A DNA stretch of 64,000 bases from Escherichia coli (GTDB lineage Bacteria > Pseudomonadota > Gammaproteobacteria > Enterobacterales > Enterobacteriaceae), in assembly GCF_017348835.2 (NCBI RefSeq), contig NZ_CP071375.1; one strand, 5' to 3'. How positions within the stretch are numbered: the stretch's first letter is position 1; each line of letters opens with the position of its first letter. This document shows, piece by piece, positions 29,082 through 40,253 of the stretch. The translations under genes and the position numbers were made by a program. The notes under the pieces are model-generated. The model did no database searches, was not told the origin of the DNA, and saw nothing but the letters and a program-made list of their open reading frames with translations.

Positions 29082-29771
29082 TTAACCGTTGGTTAATTTT
29101 TCAAACTCTTCACACCCGGTATCAAACCCTTCCATACAGCTCAGGTTCAACCAGTGCAGCGCCTTTTGCTTGTTCTTCTCGATAAAACCTTCTTCACCGT
29201 TTAAGAACATCATTCCCGCCCAGTACTCGGAATAACCGGTTCGGGAAATTGCAGAGCTGCGTTTGAAATACCAGGTTGCCTTGTCATCGTCGGCCTTAAT
29301 GCCCACGCCGTTGGCGTAAATCAAACCAAGCAGCATTTGGGCATCGACGGCGGAGTCATTCTCCAGATCTTCCGAGGCGTTTTCTAACAGCGAAATCGCC
29401 TTTGGATAATCCGGTTTACCCGCTTGAGTATTTACCAGAATATGCGCCAGCGTTACTTCACCTTCTTTACTGCCCGCTTGCGCCGCTTTCTCTGCAAGAA
29501 CTTTTGCTTGTGGATAGTCCAGACTGACCGGATTGGTGATTTTGATCTGCGCCAACAGCGCGCAGGCATCAGCATCACCGCTGTCGGCGGCTTTCTGTGC
29601 CCAATATTCGGCTTTGCTCAAATCGCCGGAGCTAAACCAGCTGTCGGCAAGAAAATATTGTGCGCGTCGGTCCCCGGCCTCTGCTGCCTTTAAATACTGG
29701 CTGCCAGGCTCGGAGTCGTTCGCGTGGGCAAAGAATGTCAAAAACAACATCAATGCGATAATTTTTTTCAT
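29082..29771 (-). CDS. yjcO: Sel1/TPR-like repeat periplasmic protein
   Basis: 229-aa ORF with signal peptide and repeated AxxWxxKAAxxG Sel1-like units. Confidence 0.88.
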   Translation of the reverse strand: MKKIIALMLFLTFFAHANDSEPGSQYLKAAEAGDRRAQYFLADSWFSSGDLSKAEYWAQKAADSGDADACALLAQIKITNPVSLDYPQAKVLAEKAAQAGSKEGEVTLAHILVNTQAGKPDYPKAISLLENASEDLENDSAVDAQMLLGLIYANGVGIKADDDKATWYFKRSSAISRTGYSEYWAGMMFLNGEEGFIEKNKQKALHWLNLSCMEGFDTGCEEFEKLTNG

Positions 29772-29864
29772 TTTGATAATACGATTGGGTAGGGAGTAAC
29801 CAGTATAAAGAGTTCGAATGGATAAAAAAACAGCCTCCGAAAGGAGGCTGTAGAAAGGACTGTA

Positions 29865-32012
29865 TTACGCCAGTGCCGCTTCGCGCAGGCGAGTTTTCAA
29901 CTTGTTGTACTCGTCAATCACGTACTGCTCGGCGGCGCGCTGATCGGCGATCGGCTCGACGCGCACGGCGCAGTATTTGTATTCCGGCGTTTTCGTAATC
30001 GGGCTTAAGTTTTCGGTAACCAGCTCGTTACAGGCACCAATCCACCACTGGTAGGTCATGTAAATCGCCCCTTTGTTCGGACGATCGCTGACCTGCGCAC
30101 GGGTGATAATTTTGCCTTTACGCGAGTGCACCCAAACCAATGCCTCATCTTCAATACCCAGACGTTTGGCGTCTTCGGTATTGATTTGTGCGTAGCCAGG
30201 TTCATCAGCCAGCGCCGCCAGTGCCGCACAGTTACCGGTCATCGAACGGCAAGAGTAGTGACCAACTTCACGCACCGTTGACAGTACCATCGGGTACTCG
30301 TCGGTGAGTTTGTCGATTGGCGCTACCCAGTCGCAGGTGAAGAACTGCGCCAGACCGTTCGGGGTATCAAACTTCTCTTTAAACAGATAAGAAGTCCCCT
30401 GATCGGCATCTGAAGTATCGCGGCAAGGCCACTGAATGAAGCCCAGTTCGCCCATTTTCTCGTAAGTCGCACCGTAGAAATCCGGGCACAGATGACGCAA
30501 CTCATCCCAGATCTCCTGGGTGTTGTTGTAGTGCATCGGATAACCCATACGGGTGGCGATTTCACTGATGATTTGCCAGTCCGTTTTCAGATCCCATTTC
30601 GGTTCAACTGCTTTGAAGAAACGCTGGAAGCCACGGTCAGCCGCAGTAAACACGCCTTCATGCTCGCCCCACGACGTTGACGGTAAAATAACATCCGCCG
30701 CCGACGCGGTTTTGGTCATAAAGATGTCCTGAACGATGACCAGTTCCAGATCTTCAAAGGCTTTACGTACTGCCGACAGCTCCGCGTCAGTTTGTAGCGG
30801 ATCTTCGCCCATAATGTACGCGGCACGCACTTCGCCATGCGCTGCGCGGTGCGGCAGCTCGCTGATGCGATAACCGGTATGAGCAGGCAGGCTTTCCACG
30901 CCCCAGGCTTTGGCGAATTTCTCGCGGTTAGCCGGATCTTTCACGTACTGGTATCCCGGATACGTATCCGGCAGCGCGCCCATATCGCAGGCACCCTGCA
31001 CGTTGTTCTGACCACGAACCGGGTTTACACCCGCATGCGGCTTACCGAGGTTACCGGTCAGCATCGCGAGGCTGGTCAGAGAACGCACGGTTTCCACGCC
31101 CTGGTAGAACTGGGTTACACCCATGCCCCACAGGATGGCGGCGCTTTTCGCCTGGGCATACATCCGTGCCGCCTGACGAATCTCACTGGCGCTGACGCCG
31201 GTGATATCTTCAACCGACTCCGGCGTGTAGCCTTCAACGATTTTACGATACTCTTCAAAGCCTTCTGTACGGGAAGCGACGAACGCTTTGTCGTACAAAT
31301 TTTCTTCAATAATGACATGGCCCATCGCATTCAACAGCGCGATGTTCGAGCCATTTTTCAGTGCAATGTGCATGTCAGCAATGCGCGCGGTTTCAATTTT
31401 GCGCGGATCGCAGACGATAATTTTCGCCCCGTTACGTTTAGCGTTAATTACGTGATTCGCTACGATTGGGTGGGAATCCGCCGGGTTGTACCCGAAAACG
31501 AACACTAAATCTGTATTATCAATTTCGTTAATAGCATTGCTCATTGCGCCATTACCGACCGATTGGTGCAGACCTGCAACCGATGGTCCGTGTCAGACAC
31601 GAGCGCAGCAGTCAACGTTATTGGTACCAATAACGGCGCGCGCAAATTTTTGCATTACATAGTTGGTTTCGTTACCCGTACCACGCGAGGAGCCGGTCGT
31701 CTGGATGGCATCCGGACCGTACTTCTCTTTGATGGCGCTCAGGCGCTCGGCAACGTAATTCAGTGCCTCATCCCAGGAAACAGGTTCGAGTTTGCCGCCA
31801 CGCTGGCGACGGATCATGGGGGTTTTCAGGCGCGGGGTCAGGATCTGGGTATCGTTAATGAAATCCCAGCCATAATAACCCTTCAGACACAGGGTACCCT
31901 GGTTGGTTTTCCCCTGCGCTGCCTCCGCCCGGACGATTTTGCCGTTATCGACGATCAGGTTGATTTTGCAACCTGATGCGCAATAGGGGCAAACCGTGAC
32001 GACTTTTTTCAT
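29865..32012 (-). CDS. fdhF: Formate dehydrogenase H, selenocysteine-containing molybdoenzyme
   Basis: Two ORF-track pieces are one 715-codon frame joined through an in-frame TGA at 31593-31595 (codon 140, reads ...CCARV-U-HGPSVAGLHQSVGNG...); N-terminal CPYCASGC Fe-S motif. Confidence 0.95.
31545..31592 (-). promoter_or_regulatory. SECIS (selenocysteine insertion) element immediately 3' of the fdhF UGA
   Basis: Position immediately downstream of the recoded UGA; bacterial SECIS elements lie within about 40 nt 3' of UGA; structure not folded here. Confidence 0.7.
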
Positions 32013-32063
32013 CGGTCTCGCTCCAGTTAATCAAATCACGCATACGCGCTCTCGACTACAGTA

Positions 32064-32079
32064 TGCATCTTTTATGCCA
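32064..32079 (-). promoter_or_regulatory. Sigma54 -24/-12 promoter of fdhF
   Basis: Minus-strand TGGCATaaaagATGCA with GG-N10-GC spacing, about 50 bp upstream of the fdhF ATG. Confidence 0.75.
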
Positions 32080-32209
32080 CATTTTATTTGGGGTCATTCC
32101 CTGATATTACGGGCACTATTTATTCAAAACTCTGACGAAAAACAGGCTGTCGTCAGTTTTGACGTGACGAAACGAAATACCGCGTGACAGCCATCACGCG
32201 GCAGACATT

Positions 32210-33676
32210 TTATTTTTTCTCGACGACGGGACCTGCCTGATACCCGCCGCCCAGCGATTTCATCAACTGAATGCTTTGGATCACCCGGCGGCTGTCCAGC
32301 ATCAGTAATGACATCTCTTCGGCAAGTACTGGCAACCGGGCTTCAGTGGCCTGTAAGCGGCTGGTTAAGCCGCGCTGATAGGCGGCCTCGGCAGCGCGCT
32401 GGGTGAAGAGCGTTGCTTCCACGCGTTCAGACTGCATTTCTCGCTCGTCGTTGAGCGTTTGCAGACGCGTGCCGTTGACGGCAACGTCACGCACCGCGTT
32501 CAGTACTGACTGGTTGTAACGTTCAATCATCATGTTGCTGGCGGCGCGCGTACCTTCGAGATTGGCATTCAACCGTCCACCGTCAAACAGCGGCAATTTC
32601 AGACCCGGGATGAAGTTGAACTGGCGACTGGTTTTTTTGAATAAGGTATCCAGGTGGATGGAGTCCAGACCGAAAAACGCTTTGATATCAAAGCTTGGGT
32701 AGAACAGCGCCCGCGCGGAATCCACCTGATCTAATGACACCTGAACATACCAGCGCATCGCTTGCAGATCCGGGCGTCTGGCGAGCAACTCATAAGAGAG
32801 TGTCGCCGGAATGCCAGTCTGGACTTGCGGTAATGCCACCGGTTTGATCTCCGGCATATCGCTGGCTCCCGCGCCAATCAATGCGCGCAGAGATTCTCGC
32901 GTTTCGGTGATTTGCCCTTTAACGGCAGCAATTTGTTTATCGACCGCCAGAATCTGTGCCCGCGCGCCGTGGAAAGGTACTTGCGCTTCCAGACCGTGCG
33001 CCACTTTACTCTGGTGCGCTTTCACCGCGTAATCAATCACATCGCGAGTTTGTTCTAACAGATCGAGCATCTGATAGCTGGCCTGCATACTGTAATAAAG
33101 CTGCGCTACGCCCGTGGTCAGCGATAGCTCTACTGCTGCGGTTTCTGCCAGCGCGGCATTATGCGCGCCAATGGCGGCGGCAACCGCTGAGCGATGCACA
33201 CCCCACAAATCAAGATCCAGTCCGGCAAACAAACCGACTGTGGCTTCCGTATAGTACGGCCCGTCCATACCCAGTGCTGGCGCATCCATTGAATAAGGGC
33301 TTAAAAAGCCGTTCGCCGAGACGCGTTGGCGGTTGAGCATCCCTAACGCTGCGACCTGTAATTGTGAACCGGCATCTAACAAATCGGCCTGGGACTGCGC
33401 TTTTTCTTCCCGCAGTTTCGCTTCGGCGAGGGTGTGTGAACCGCTTAGCGTCCGCTGGATCAGGGCATCCAACTGCGGGTCATTGAGTTGTTTCCACCAC
33501 TGCGCCTGCGGCCAGCCGGAGCTGGCAAGATGAATATCATCGGCCAGTTTGATTTGTTCCGGTTTGAGCTGTTGATGAGGCGCAGAATCCTTGCGTACCA
33601 GGGCACAGCCGGAAATCAGCGTCGTGCTGCCGAGAATGCTGCACAACAGCAGACGTGAAAGTTGACGATTGATCAT
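32210..33676 (-). CDS. mdtP: Outer-membrane efflux lipoprotein (NodT/OMF family)
   Basis: 488-aa ORF with lipobox (LISGCA). Confidence 0.92.
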   Translation of the reverse strand: MINRQLSRLLLCSILGSTTLISGCALVRKDSAPHQQLKPEQIKLADDIHLASSGWPQAQWWKQLNDPQLDALIQRTLSGSHTLAEAKLREEKAQSQADLLDAGSQLQVAALGMLNRQRVSANGFLSPYSMDAPALGMDGPYYTEATVGLFAGLDLDLWGVHRSAVAAAIGAHNAALAETAAVELSLTTGVAQLYYSMQASYQMLDLLEQTRDVIDYAVKAHQSKVAHGLEAQVPFHGARAQILAVDKQIAAVKGQITETRESLRALIGAGASDMPEIKPVALPQVQTGIPATLSYELLARRPDLQAMRWYVQVSLDQVDSARALFYPSFDIKAFFGLDSIHLDTLFKKTSRQFNFIPGLKLPLFDGGRLNANLEGTRAASNMMIERYNQSVLNAVRDVAVNGTRLQTLNDEREMQSERVEATLFTQRAAEAAYQRGLTSRLQATEARLPVLAEEMSLLMLDSRRVIQSIQLMKSLGGGYQAGPVVEKK

Positions 33677-35724
33677 TGCGTGGCTCCTTGTGCCTGTTCC
33701 GTGGCGGGCGTTAATGCCGGGGCTGTCCAGTCTGGCAAGCGGGCGAAAAGCTGGCAGACGTGTTGCTCCTGTTTTAATAAGGTGGGCAGGATGGCCTGCG
33801 AGGCGGGTGTCTCTTCAAGCGTTATTTGAGGAGAACGGCTGAGTGCGGTTGCCAGACCGGCAGCGTATTTTTCCAGGGCGTCGGCAAACTGACCTGCTCT
33901 GTCCGGCTGTAGTGCGTTATCCAGCGCCTGCGCCGAGTTCCAGGTGGCATCCCAGGCGTGAAGAAGATCGCGGCCCTGACGAATAACCGTTTGCGAACGT
34001 TCAATCAGTAAGGCGCGTTCTTCGCTGTCCAGTTGACGCTCCAGCGCCACGCGTTGGCACATCTCTTCACAGGCATTAAACGCCGCATGCAGACCTATAC
34101 GAATTTGCAGATAAGTGCGCAGAGCCGTGACTTCCTGCTGGCGTGGGATCCGCATTACTTTACTTAACATACCCAGCGCGACAGCCAGTTTTTGCGGCAG
34201 CGTGCGCGCTTCACTTTCAGGCCAGACAAAGGTGTAAATCACCGCGGACACCACGGTACCAATGATGATACCCAGGGCGCGATCGCGAATTTCCACCAGG
34301 TCGTACACCGGGCCAAAAACGTTTTCGAGCGTGGCGAGCGCGAAGGTGACCACCATCTGTGTGCCGATATAAGAAGAGCGTTCAGAGCTGGTGGCAATCC
34401 ATGCGCCCAACAGGAAAATCGGTGCCAGCACAAACAGCAATTCGACAATATTGTCCAGCCAGGGCATGACCAGTAGCGTGAATAACAGCGCCAGAATCGC
34501 GCCGCAAAAGGCCCCGCCAAAACGCAGCACCATCTTCTGGTACGATGAACCGACATTCGGATTAGCGACGATCACGCAGGTCAGCATACAGGTGTGAATG
34601 CCTTCCCAGTCCACGCCGCTGTAGAAGGTGTAACAGATCAAACAGGCGAGCAGCGTTTTTACCGCGTAGCGCATATAGTCTGGATTGGTAAAAGCATCGG
34701 CGACCATTGATGGCGGTTTGGCGGCGGGCGTTGGCGGCGTATTCGGGTCCATCTGACCCAGTTGTAACAACGTCTGGCAGATATTCTCCAGGTTACATTC
34801 CCGTGCCGCCATCGCTTCACTTTCACTGATCCGCCAGTCGCTTTGCCAGCACTGACCTTCGGTAATGGCATGCTGCAGCTTGTTGATTTCTGAAGCTAAT
34901 TTTTGTCGGAATTCAATAATTGCCTGAGAATCAGCAAAAGAGGTGGGATCGTAGCGATTCAGCGTCGAGTAAATGTAGGTTACCGTTGCCACGCAGCTTT
35001 GCCACCATGCGCTTTGAGTTCGCCAGTTGGCATCGTCCGCGAGGCAAAAGACATTGAGTTTTTGTAGCGCCAGCGCCTCTCTTTCAATCCGCGTTTCGGG
35101 TAGCGGTGCGAGGCTGTCCGTCAGGTGGCTAATGGCATCATCAAGCCGATCATTAAGCGCTTGATGCATTTGCGAAATGGCACGACTGGGAAACCACAGT
35201 ACGCCGATTAACGTCATTAATAACGTCGGGTAGAGGCCAACAACGATACACCACAGCGTTAAGCGCACGACCACTTCCGGATAGTCGAGCATGGCGGGGA
35301 AGGTTTGCCCATAAATGGCGACAATGGCGACAGCGAAAAAGACCAGTCCCAACCGATGGGTGCGCATCAAAAACATACAGCCCATCAGGATCGGCCCGGC
35401 GATGATCAATCGGATCAACGGTTCGCCGTATGACCATTTGTAGATCAAAAACAGGCTGCCGATCTCCAGCACCGTGGCAACCACAAACAAGATCGCGACA
35501 AATTTGGTGTAAAACGCGTTCGACTGAATACCGTAAAACAGCACTGCCAGCGATAACGCCACGAAAGGGATCTCAAAGGTCATCGAGATCAGAATCACCA
35601 GCAGGCAGCCTACCCAGAGTTGCACAGTCTGCGGCACGCGGCCTGGTCGCCGCTCGCTTAACTCTTCATGAAAGAACGCCAGCAGCCTGACCACCGGTAA
35701 TGGCAGGGAGTTGAGCGCGCTCAT
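33673..35724 (-). CDS. mdtO: Efflux pump membrane protein (FUSC/aromatic acid exporter-like)
   Basis: 683-aa ORF with two hydrophobic domains; 4-nt overlap with mdtP. Confidence 0.92.
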   Translation of the reverse strand: MSALNSLPLPVVRLLAFFHEELSERRPGRVPQTVQLWVGCLLVILISMTFEIPFVALSLAVLFYGIQSNAFYTKFVAILFVVATVLEIGSLFLIYKWSYGEPLIRLIIAGPILMGCMFLMRTHRLGLVFFAVAIVAIYGQTFPAMLDYPEVVVRLTLWCIVVGLYPTLLMTLIGVLWFPSRAISQMHQALNDRLDDAISHLTDSLAPLPETRIEREALALQKLNVFCLADDANWRTQSAWWQSCVATVTYIYSTLNRYDPTSFADSQAIIEFRQKLASEINKLQHAITEGQCWQSDWRISESEAMAARECNLENICQTLLQLGQMDPNTPPTPAAKPPSMVADAFTNPDYMRYAVKTLLACLICYTFYSGVDWEGIHTCMLTCVIVANPNVGSSYQKMVLRFGGAFCGAILALLFTLLVMPWLDNIVELLFVLAPIFLLGAWIATSSERSSYIGTQMVVTFALATLENVFGPVYDLVEIRDRALGIIIGTVVSAVIYTFVWPESEARTLPQKLAVALGMLSKVMRIPRQQEVTALRTYLQIRIGLHAAFNACEEMCQRVALERQLDSEERALLIERSQTVIRQGRDLLHAWDATWNSAQALDNALQPDRAGQFADALEKYAAGLATALSRSPQITLEETPASQAILPTLLKQEQHVCQLFARLPDWTAPALTPATEQAQGATQ

Positions 35725-36755
35725 TATTGCGGCTCAAGATTAGCGACTGCCGAAGCGCCGATGCGGAACATTTCCGGGTCAGGTTTATCAACCATGATTT
35801 TGACCGGAAAACGCTGGGCAACGCGGACCCAGTTAATAGAACGAGAAACTTTCGGCAGGCCGCCCAGCACCAGGCCGCCGTCATCCGGTAGCACGCCGTA
35901 GCCAATTGAATCCACTTTACCCTCGAAAGTTTTGCCGCTGTCACTCATCAGGCGAATCGTTGCGGGTGTACCTGAGCGAATATTTTTCAGATCGGTTTCG
36001 CGGAAGTTGGCGATCACGTACCAGTGACGAGTGTCGATTAGGGTAAAAATAGGGCGCATGGCAGAAGCAAATTGCCCGACGGAGGTTTTGAGGGAAATGA
36101 CCCGGCCATCAAACGGCGCGCGAACGGTCGCCATTTCCAGATGCAGTTTGGTCAGGGCAATATCCGCTTCGACCGCCGCACGTTGCGCCACCAGCGCATC
36201 GACGCCGCTGACGGCGCTGGCGGCTGACTGCGCCTGTAACAATACGGCATTAAGATCGGCTTCTGCGGCGCGCTGCGCGGTCCTCGCACGGTCAACGTCT
36301 TCCGCTGAGACAAAACCTTCTTTCAGTAATGGCTCGGTGCGGCGTAATGTATCTGTGGCCTGTTTCGCGGCGGCACGGGCTTTTTCTACCGTGGCATTAA
36401 CCGAGTCGGCACCAAACTGTTGCGCGTCAACGCTACGCTGGGTGAGCATAATTTGCTTATCCAGCGCCGCGAGGGAGGCTTCGGCTTTCGCCAGATTGGC
36501 TTCGTACGGGCGCGGGTCGATGCGGAACAGCACATCGCCCTGTTTCACCGCCTGGTTGTCGGTGACCGCCAGTTCTACAATGCGACCGCTGACTTCCGGC
36601 ACCACATCAATGGTATCTGCTGACGCGTAAGCGTCATTAGTTGATGGCGCACTGTCTATGCGCCAGATAACGAAAACAAGGGCAACCAGCGCCAACGCAA
36701 CCACTAACAGAGCAGGGAATTTACTGCGAGGAGCTTTTTTCGGCGTACTTTCCAT
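35724..36755 (-). CDS. mdtN: HlyD-family membrane fusion protein
   Basis: 343-aa ORF; single N-terminal TM, coiled-coil, beta-barrel C-terminus; 1-nt overlap with mdtO. Confidence 0.92.
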   Translation of the reverse strand: MESTPKKAPRSKFPALLVVALALVALVFVIWRIDSAPSTNDAYASADTIDVVPEVSGRIVELAVTDNQAVKQGDVLFRIDPRPYEANLAKAEASLAALDKQIMLTQRSVDAQQFGADSVNATVEKARAAAKQATDTLRRTEPLLKEGFVSAEDVDRARTAQRAAEADLNAVLLQAQSAASAVSGVDALVAQRAAVEADIALTKLHLEMATVRAPFDGRVISLKTSVGQFASAMRPIFTLIDTRHWYVIANFRETDLKNIRSGTPATIRLMSDSGKTFEGKVDSIGYGVLPDDGGLVLGGLPKVSRSINWVRVAQRFPVKIMVDKPDPEMFRIGASAVANLEPQ

Positions 36756-36773
36756 GAGCGCGTCTCAAATAGA

Positions 36774-37049
36774 TTAGAAAAATGCCAGCCAGAACAGCAT
36801 GGCGTAGAGAGCAAAAAGGGCGGTATAAATAATTCCGACAAATGCCAGATTGATATTTGCCCGCTGAATAATTCGCCTCGTGATGAGCGTCAAAATAAGG
36901 CTGGCAATGGCGCAGAAAAACCAGCTGGGATAATAAGCGCCGATCACCGGGATTGCCGGAGATAATGAGCATCCCGAAACCATGAAGACGGGAATTATCC
37001 AGGCTGTTTTTTTGAGTTGCATCGCCATGCGAGAGAGAACTGTTGGCAT
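36774..37049 (-). CDS. ytcA: Small lipoprotein/membrane protein
   Basis: 91 aa from MPTVLSRMAMQLKK with lipobox (VSGCS). Confidence 0.7.
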   Translation of the reverse strand: MPTVLSRMAMQLKKTAWIIPVFMVSGCSLSPAIPVIGAYYPSWFFCAIASLILTLITRRIIQRANINLAFVGIIYTALFALYAMLFWLAFF

Positions 37050-37257
37050 ATTAAATACATCCTGTCTGCTGCGAACAATATCTGTAGTGAATATCAATAT
37101 CCATTGAAGGCGTCAGTATGGCTATTTTCTTGATGAATAAAAATAGCTTTATTCAGCCACCGCATTCATAACTTATATATTTTATTTATTAATTGGCTGT
37201 ATATATTTTTAAAATAAATGCTTTTGGGGGCTTCAGCGCCCCCAAAAGCGAGTGACA

Positions 37258-39243
37258 TTAATTTGGGGTTACGATATTCACCCACAAATCGAAATTATCC
37301 AGACAAGCAATAATTTCTTCCAGTTTCGCGCCATTGCCAATAATTTTGGCTTTCTTCGCTTTTACCAGATCCGCCATTTGGGCTTGTCCGGTCAGCACGG
37401 CGTGCAGATCTTCACGGCTGATGTAGAAAGAGGCGTCAGCTTGGGATTGCAGCGTTTTACGGTAGTTAAGCACGCTATCGTTCAGCGTCAGGTTGAGGTT
37501 ATCGCCGTTGCTCATATTGAAGTTCAGGCTGATATTTTTACCCGCGGCTTTCGCGCTATCGAGGCGAACGGACATAAAGTCGAACAGCATTTCGACCGAC
37601 ATTCCGCGAATGGTGTCCGGGGAACCGGTGGTGCCGTGGCTGAACTTATGCACCCCTTCGCGCAGCTCTTTCGCGCCGGTCAGGTAGAAACCGCGCCATG
37701 TGGCGGACTCGGCCTGATAGCCCAGCTGTTCAAAGTTATTCGCTTGCAGATTCTTCGCGACCTGGTCACCCGGGTTGGCGGCAATCACCTGTTTCAGCAG
37801 TTCTGCCGACCAGCGGTAATCACCTTGCTTGTTCGCTTCTTGCGCCAGGTTGATGACACGGGCAGAACCGCCCAGCGCTTTCACGTAACGTTTGCCCATC
37901 TCTACCTGACCATACGGATGCAGGTTAGCCGGGGTACCGTCGTAATAGCCAAGATAGAAGTTATACACCGCGCGGGCGTTGTGGCTGACAGAACCGTAAT
38001 AGCCGCGGCTGGCCCAGTTATTGGCAAGCGCAGGCGGCAGCTTAATCATGTCGCCGATTTCATTCATGGTGTAGCCCTGGTTCGCCAGGTGCAGGGTCTG
38101 GTCGTGAATATACTTGATGGTATCGCGATATTTACCAATATAATCATTGATATGCTTATTGCCCCAGACCGGCCAGGTGTGTGGCATAAACAGCACTTCC
38201 GCGTCGTTACCCCACATATCCAGCGTTTCGTTCAGGTACTCGGTCCACTTGCTGGTATCGCGGGTTTTCGCGCCGCGCAGAGTGTAGAAGTTGTGCAGGG
38301 TATGCGTGGCGTTCTCGGCGGTACACAGGGCTTTCAGGGCCGGAATATAGAAGTGCATTTCGGCTGGCGCTTCGCTACCTGGAGTCATCAGGAAGTCAAA
38401 CTCCAGGCCGTCGATAATCATCTTCTCGCCAGTTCTGACGATAGTTTTAGTCGGTGCAATAATGCTCGGGTCGCCCGTTGCCAGCGTCACGCCAAGGCCA
38501 TTACCCACGTTGCCTTGCGCGTTGTGCGGCAGTAACAGACCGTAAGAGTAGAGCGCACGGCGGCTCATGATGTTACCCGCCAGCACGTTTTCGCTGATGG
38601 CTTCGTCCATAAAGCCAGCAGGGGCAATCACCTGAACTTTGCCGGATTTAACATCGGCTTCAGAGATAATGCCTTTCACGCCACCATAGTGGTCGGTGTG
38701 GCTGTGAGTGTAGATAACGGCAACAATCGGTTTTTGCGGACGATGCTGGAAGTAAAGGTCAAGTGCGGCTTTTGCGGCAGGCGGCGTCACCAGCGGGTCG
38801 ATAACAATAATGCCTTTCTCGCCCTCAACGAACGTAATGTTAGAGATATCCTGGCCGCGCACCTGATACATTTTATCGGTGACTTTGAACAGGCCAGAAA
38901 TACCGTTGATTTGCGACTGACGCCACAGGCTGGGGTTTACGGTTTCCGGCGCTGCGGCATTAATATCAAATTTGTAATCGTCCGCGCGGTAGTAAACTTT
39001 ACCGTTCGCATCACGCAGAATACCTTCATCCAGCAGCGGGGCGATAAATCCACGCTGGGCATCGTCAAAATCCTGACGATCGCTAAACGGTAATGATTTG
39101 GCGTAATTCTGATTAACCTGTTGGGTATATTGAGTGGCGGCTTTCGCTTCCTCTTTCGCGTAAGCGGTATTTACCATCATGCCGCTGACGGCGGTTAACG
39201 CAATAACAATCCGGCTCAAACGGAATAACCGAGAGTTATTCAT
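37258..39243 (-). CDS. yjcS: Putative alkyl/aryl-sulfatase (metallo-beta-lactamase fold)
   Basis: 661 aa from [10 protein letters not shown]; signal peptide; HSHTDH metal-binding motif. Confidence 0.9.
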   Translation of the reverse strand: MNNSRLFRLSRIVIALTAVSGMMVNTAYAKEEAKAATQYTQQVNQNYAKSLPFSDRQDFDDAQRGFIAPLLDEGILRDANGKVYYRADDYKFDINAAAPETVNPSLWRQSQINGISGLFKVTDKMYQVRGQDISNITFVEGEKGIIVIDPLVTPPAAKAALDLYFQHRPQKPIVAVIYTHSHTDHYGGVKGIISEADVKSGKVQVIAPAGFMDEAISENVLAGNIMSRRALYSYGLLLPHNAQGNVGNGLGVTLATGDPSIIAPTKTIVRTGEKMIIDGLEFDFLMTPGSEAPAEMHFYIPALKALCTAENATHTLHNFYTLRGAKTRDTSKWTEYLNETLDMWGNDAEVLFMPHTWPVWGNKHINDYIGKYRDTIKYIHDQTLHLANQGYTMNEIGDMIKLPPALANNWASRGYYGSVSHNARAVYNFYLGYYDGTPANLHPYGQVEMGKRYVKALGGSARVINLAQEANKQGDYRWSAELLKQVIAANPGDQVAKNLQANNFEQLGYQAESATWRGFYLTGAKELREGVHKFSHGTTGSPDTIRGMSVEMLFDFMSVRLDSAKAAGKNISLNFNMSNGDNLNLTLNDSVLNYRKTLQSQADASFYISREDLHAVLTGQAQMADLVKAKKAKIIGNGAKLEEIIACLDNFDLWVNIVTPN

Positions 39244-39535
39244 ATAAATCTCCATTTATCATTTATGTCGTAAATATGTAATCCATGCAAAATACGTCAT
39301 TTAAAGCTGGCGTTATCATAATTGGGAAATTGCGACTTTAATAAGTGGAAGTGTGAGCGGAACGCGCCATTTTATTAGGCATTTGTGCTGAAGAGGGAAA
39401 AGTACGCGAATTTATTATCTCTGCAAATAATATGAGGTGTTTTATATATTTATTATATATATTGTACTTCGGCAAATACTGAGCACAATTAATCAATGCA
39501 ACCGGTGTTTTTTATTAAAAAACGTACCGGAGCAA

Positions 39536-39813
39536 TGGGCGGTCATGTCGCTGGCACCGCAGGATTCTGTGTTGCTGTGCCAGCCTTTTATTCATGGTCA
39601 ATGAGTGAGGGGATTGATAAAGAAACCAGGTCGTCAGAGCGCACTGATTATCCGCATTACGCCAGTGAAGTTGCACTGGCTTTTGGTTCACGAGTGGTTG
39701 GCCTCGAACTGGCAAAAATGATTGTGGATGCGTGGCTGGGCGCACAGTACGAAGGTGGTCGTCATCAACAACGCGTGGAGGCGATTACGGCAATAGAGCA
39801 GCGGAGAAATTGA
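39536..39813 (+). pseudogene. rpiB: Ribose-5-phosphate isomerase B remnant: degraded 5' end and an internal in-frame deletion
   Basis: IDKETRSSERTDYPHYASEVALA resembles RpiB residues about 31-53, joined directly to the C-terminal FGSRVVGLELAKMIVDAWLGAQYEGGRHQQRVEAITAIEQRRN; the roughly 54-residue block between them, which holds the catalytic cysteine, is missing. Confidence 0.7.
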
Positions 39814-39881
39814 GATTCATCCACTACTTGCATGGATGAGTAATGACTAATGTGGATAGAGTTTCTTTTTGAGGTTGGCTA

Positions 39882-40211
39882 ATGAAACGCTTTCCGCTAT
39901 TTCTTTTATTCACCCTGCTCACGCTGTCCACCGTTCCGGCCCAGGCCGATATTATCGACGACACCATTGGCAATATTCAGCAGGCGATTAACGATGCTTA
40001 TAACCCTGACCGTGGGCGAGACTATGAAGATTCGCACGACGACGGCTGGCAGCGTGAAGTGAGCGACGATCGGCGCAGACAATATGACGACCGCCGCCGC
40101 CAGTTTGAAGATCGTCGCAGGCAACTGGACGATCGCCAGCGCCAGCTTGATCAGGAGCGTCGGCAGCTGGAGGATGAAGAGCGGAGAATGGAAGATGAGT
40201 ATGGGCGATGA
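39882..40211 (+). CDS. yjdP: Secreted small protein with charged DDRRRQ-type repeats
   Basis: 109-aa ORF; signal peptide MKRFPLFLLFTLLTLSTVPAQA; C-terminus of R/Q/D/E repeats. Confidence 0.85.
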   Translation: MKRFPLFLLFTLLTLSTVPAQADIIDDTIGNIQQAINDAYNPDRGRDYEDSHDDGWQREVSDDRRRQYDDRRRQFEDRRRQLDDRQRQLDQERRQLEDEERRMEDEYGR

Positions 40212-40253
40212 GGTAGGCTAGGGTGAGGGGGCCAGCGCGCACATTCCCTCTCA

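Noticed and set aside
31545-31595. Apparent split of fdhF into two ORFs suggesting a pseudogene
   Set aside because: The break is a single in-frame TGA at the known selenocysteine position, with conserved sequence on both sides.
37252-38535. 427-aa plus-strand ORF
   Set aside because: Fully antisense to yjcS; low-complexity translation typical of a shadow frame.
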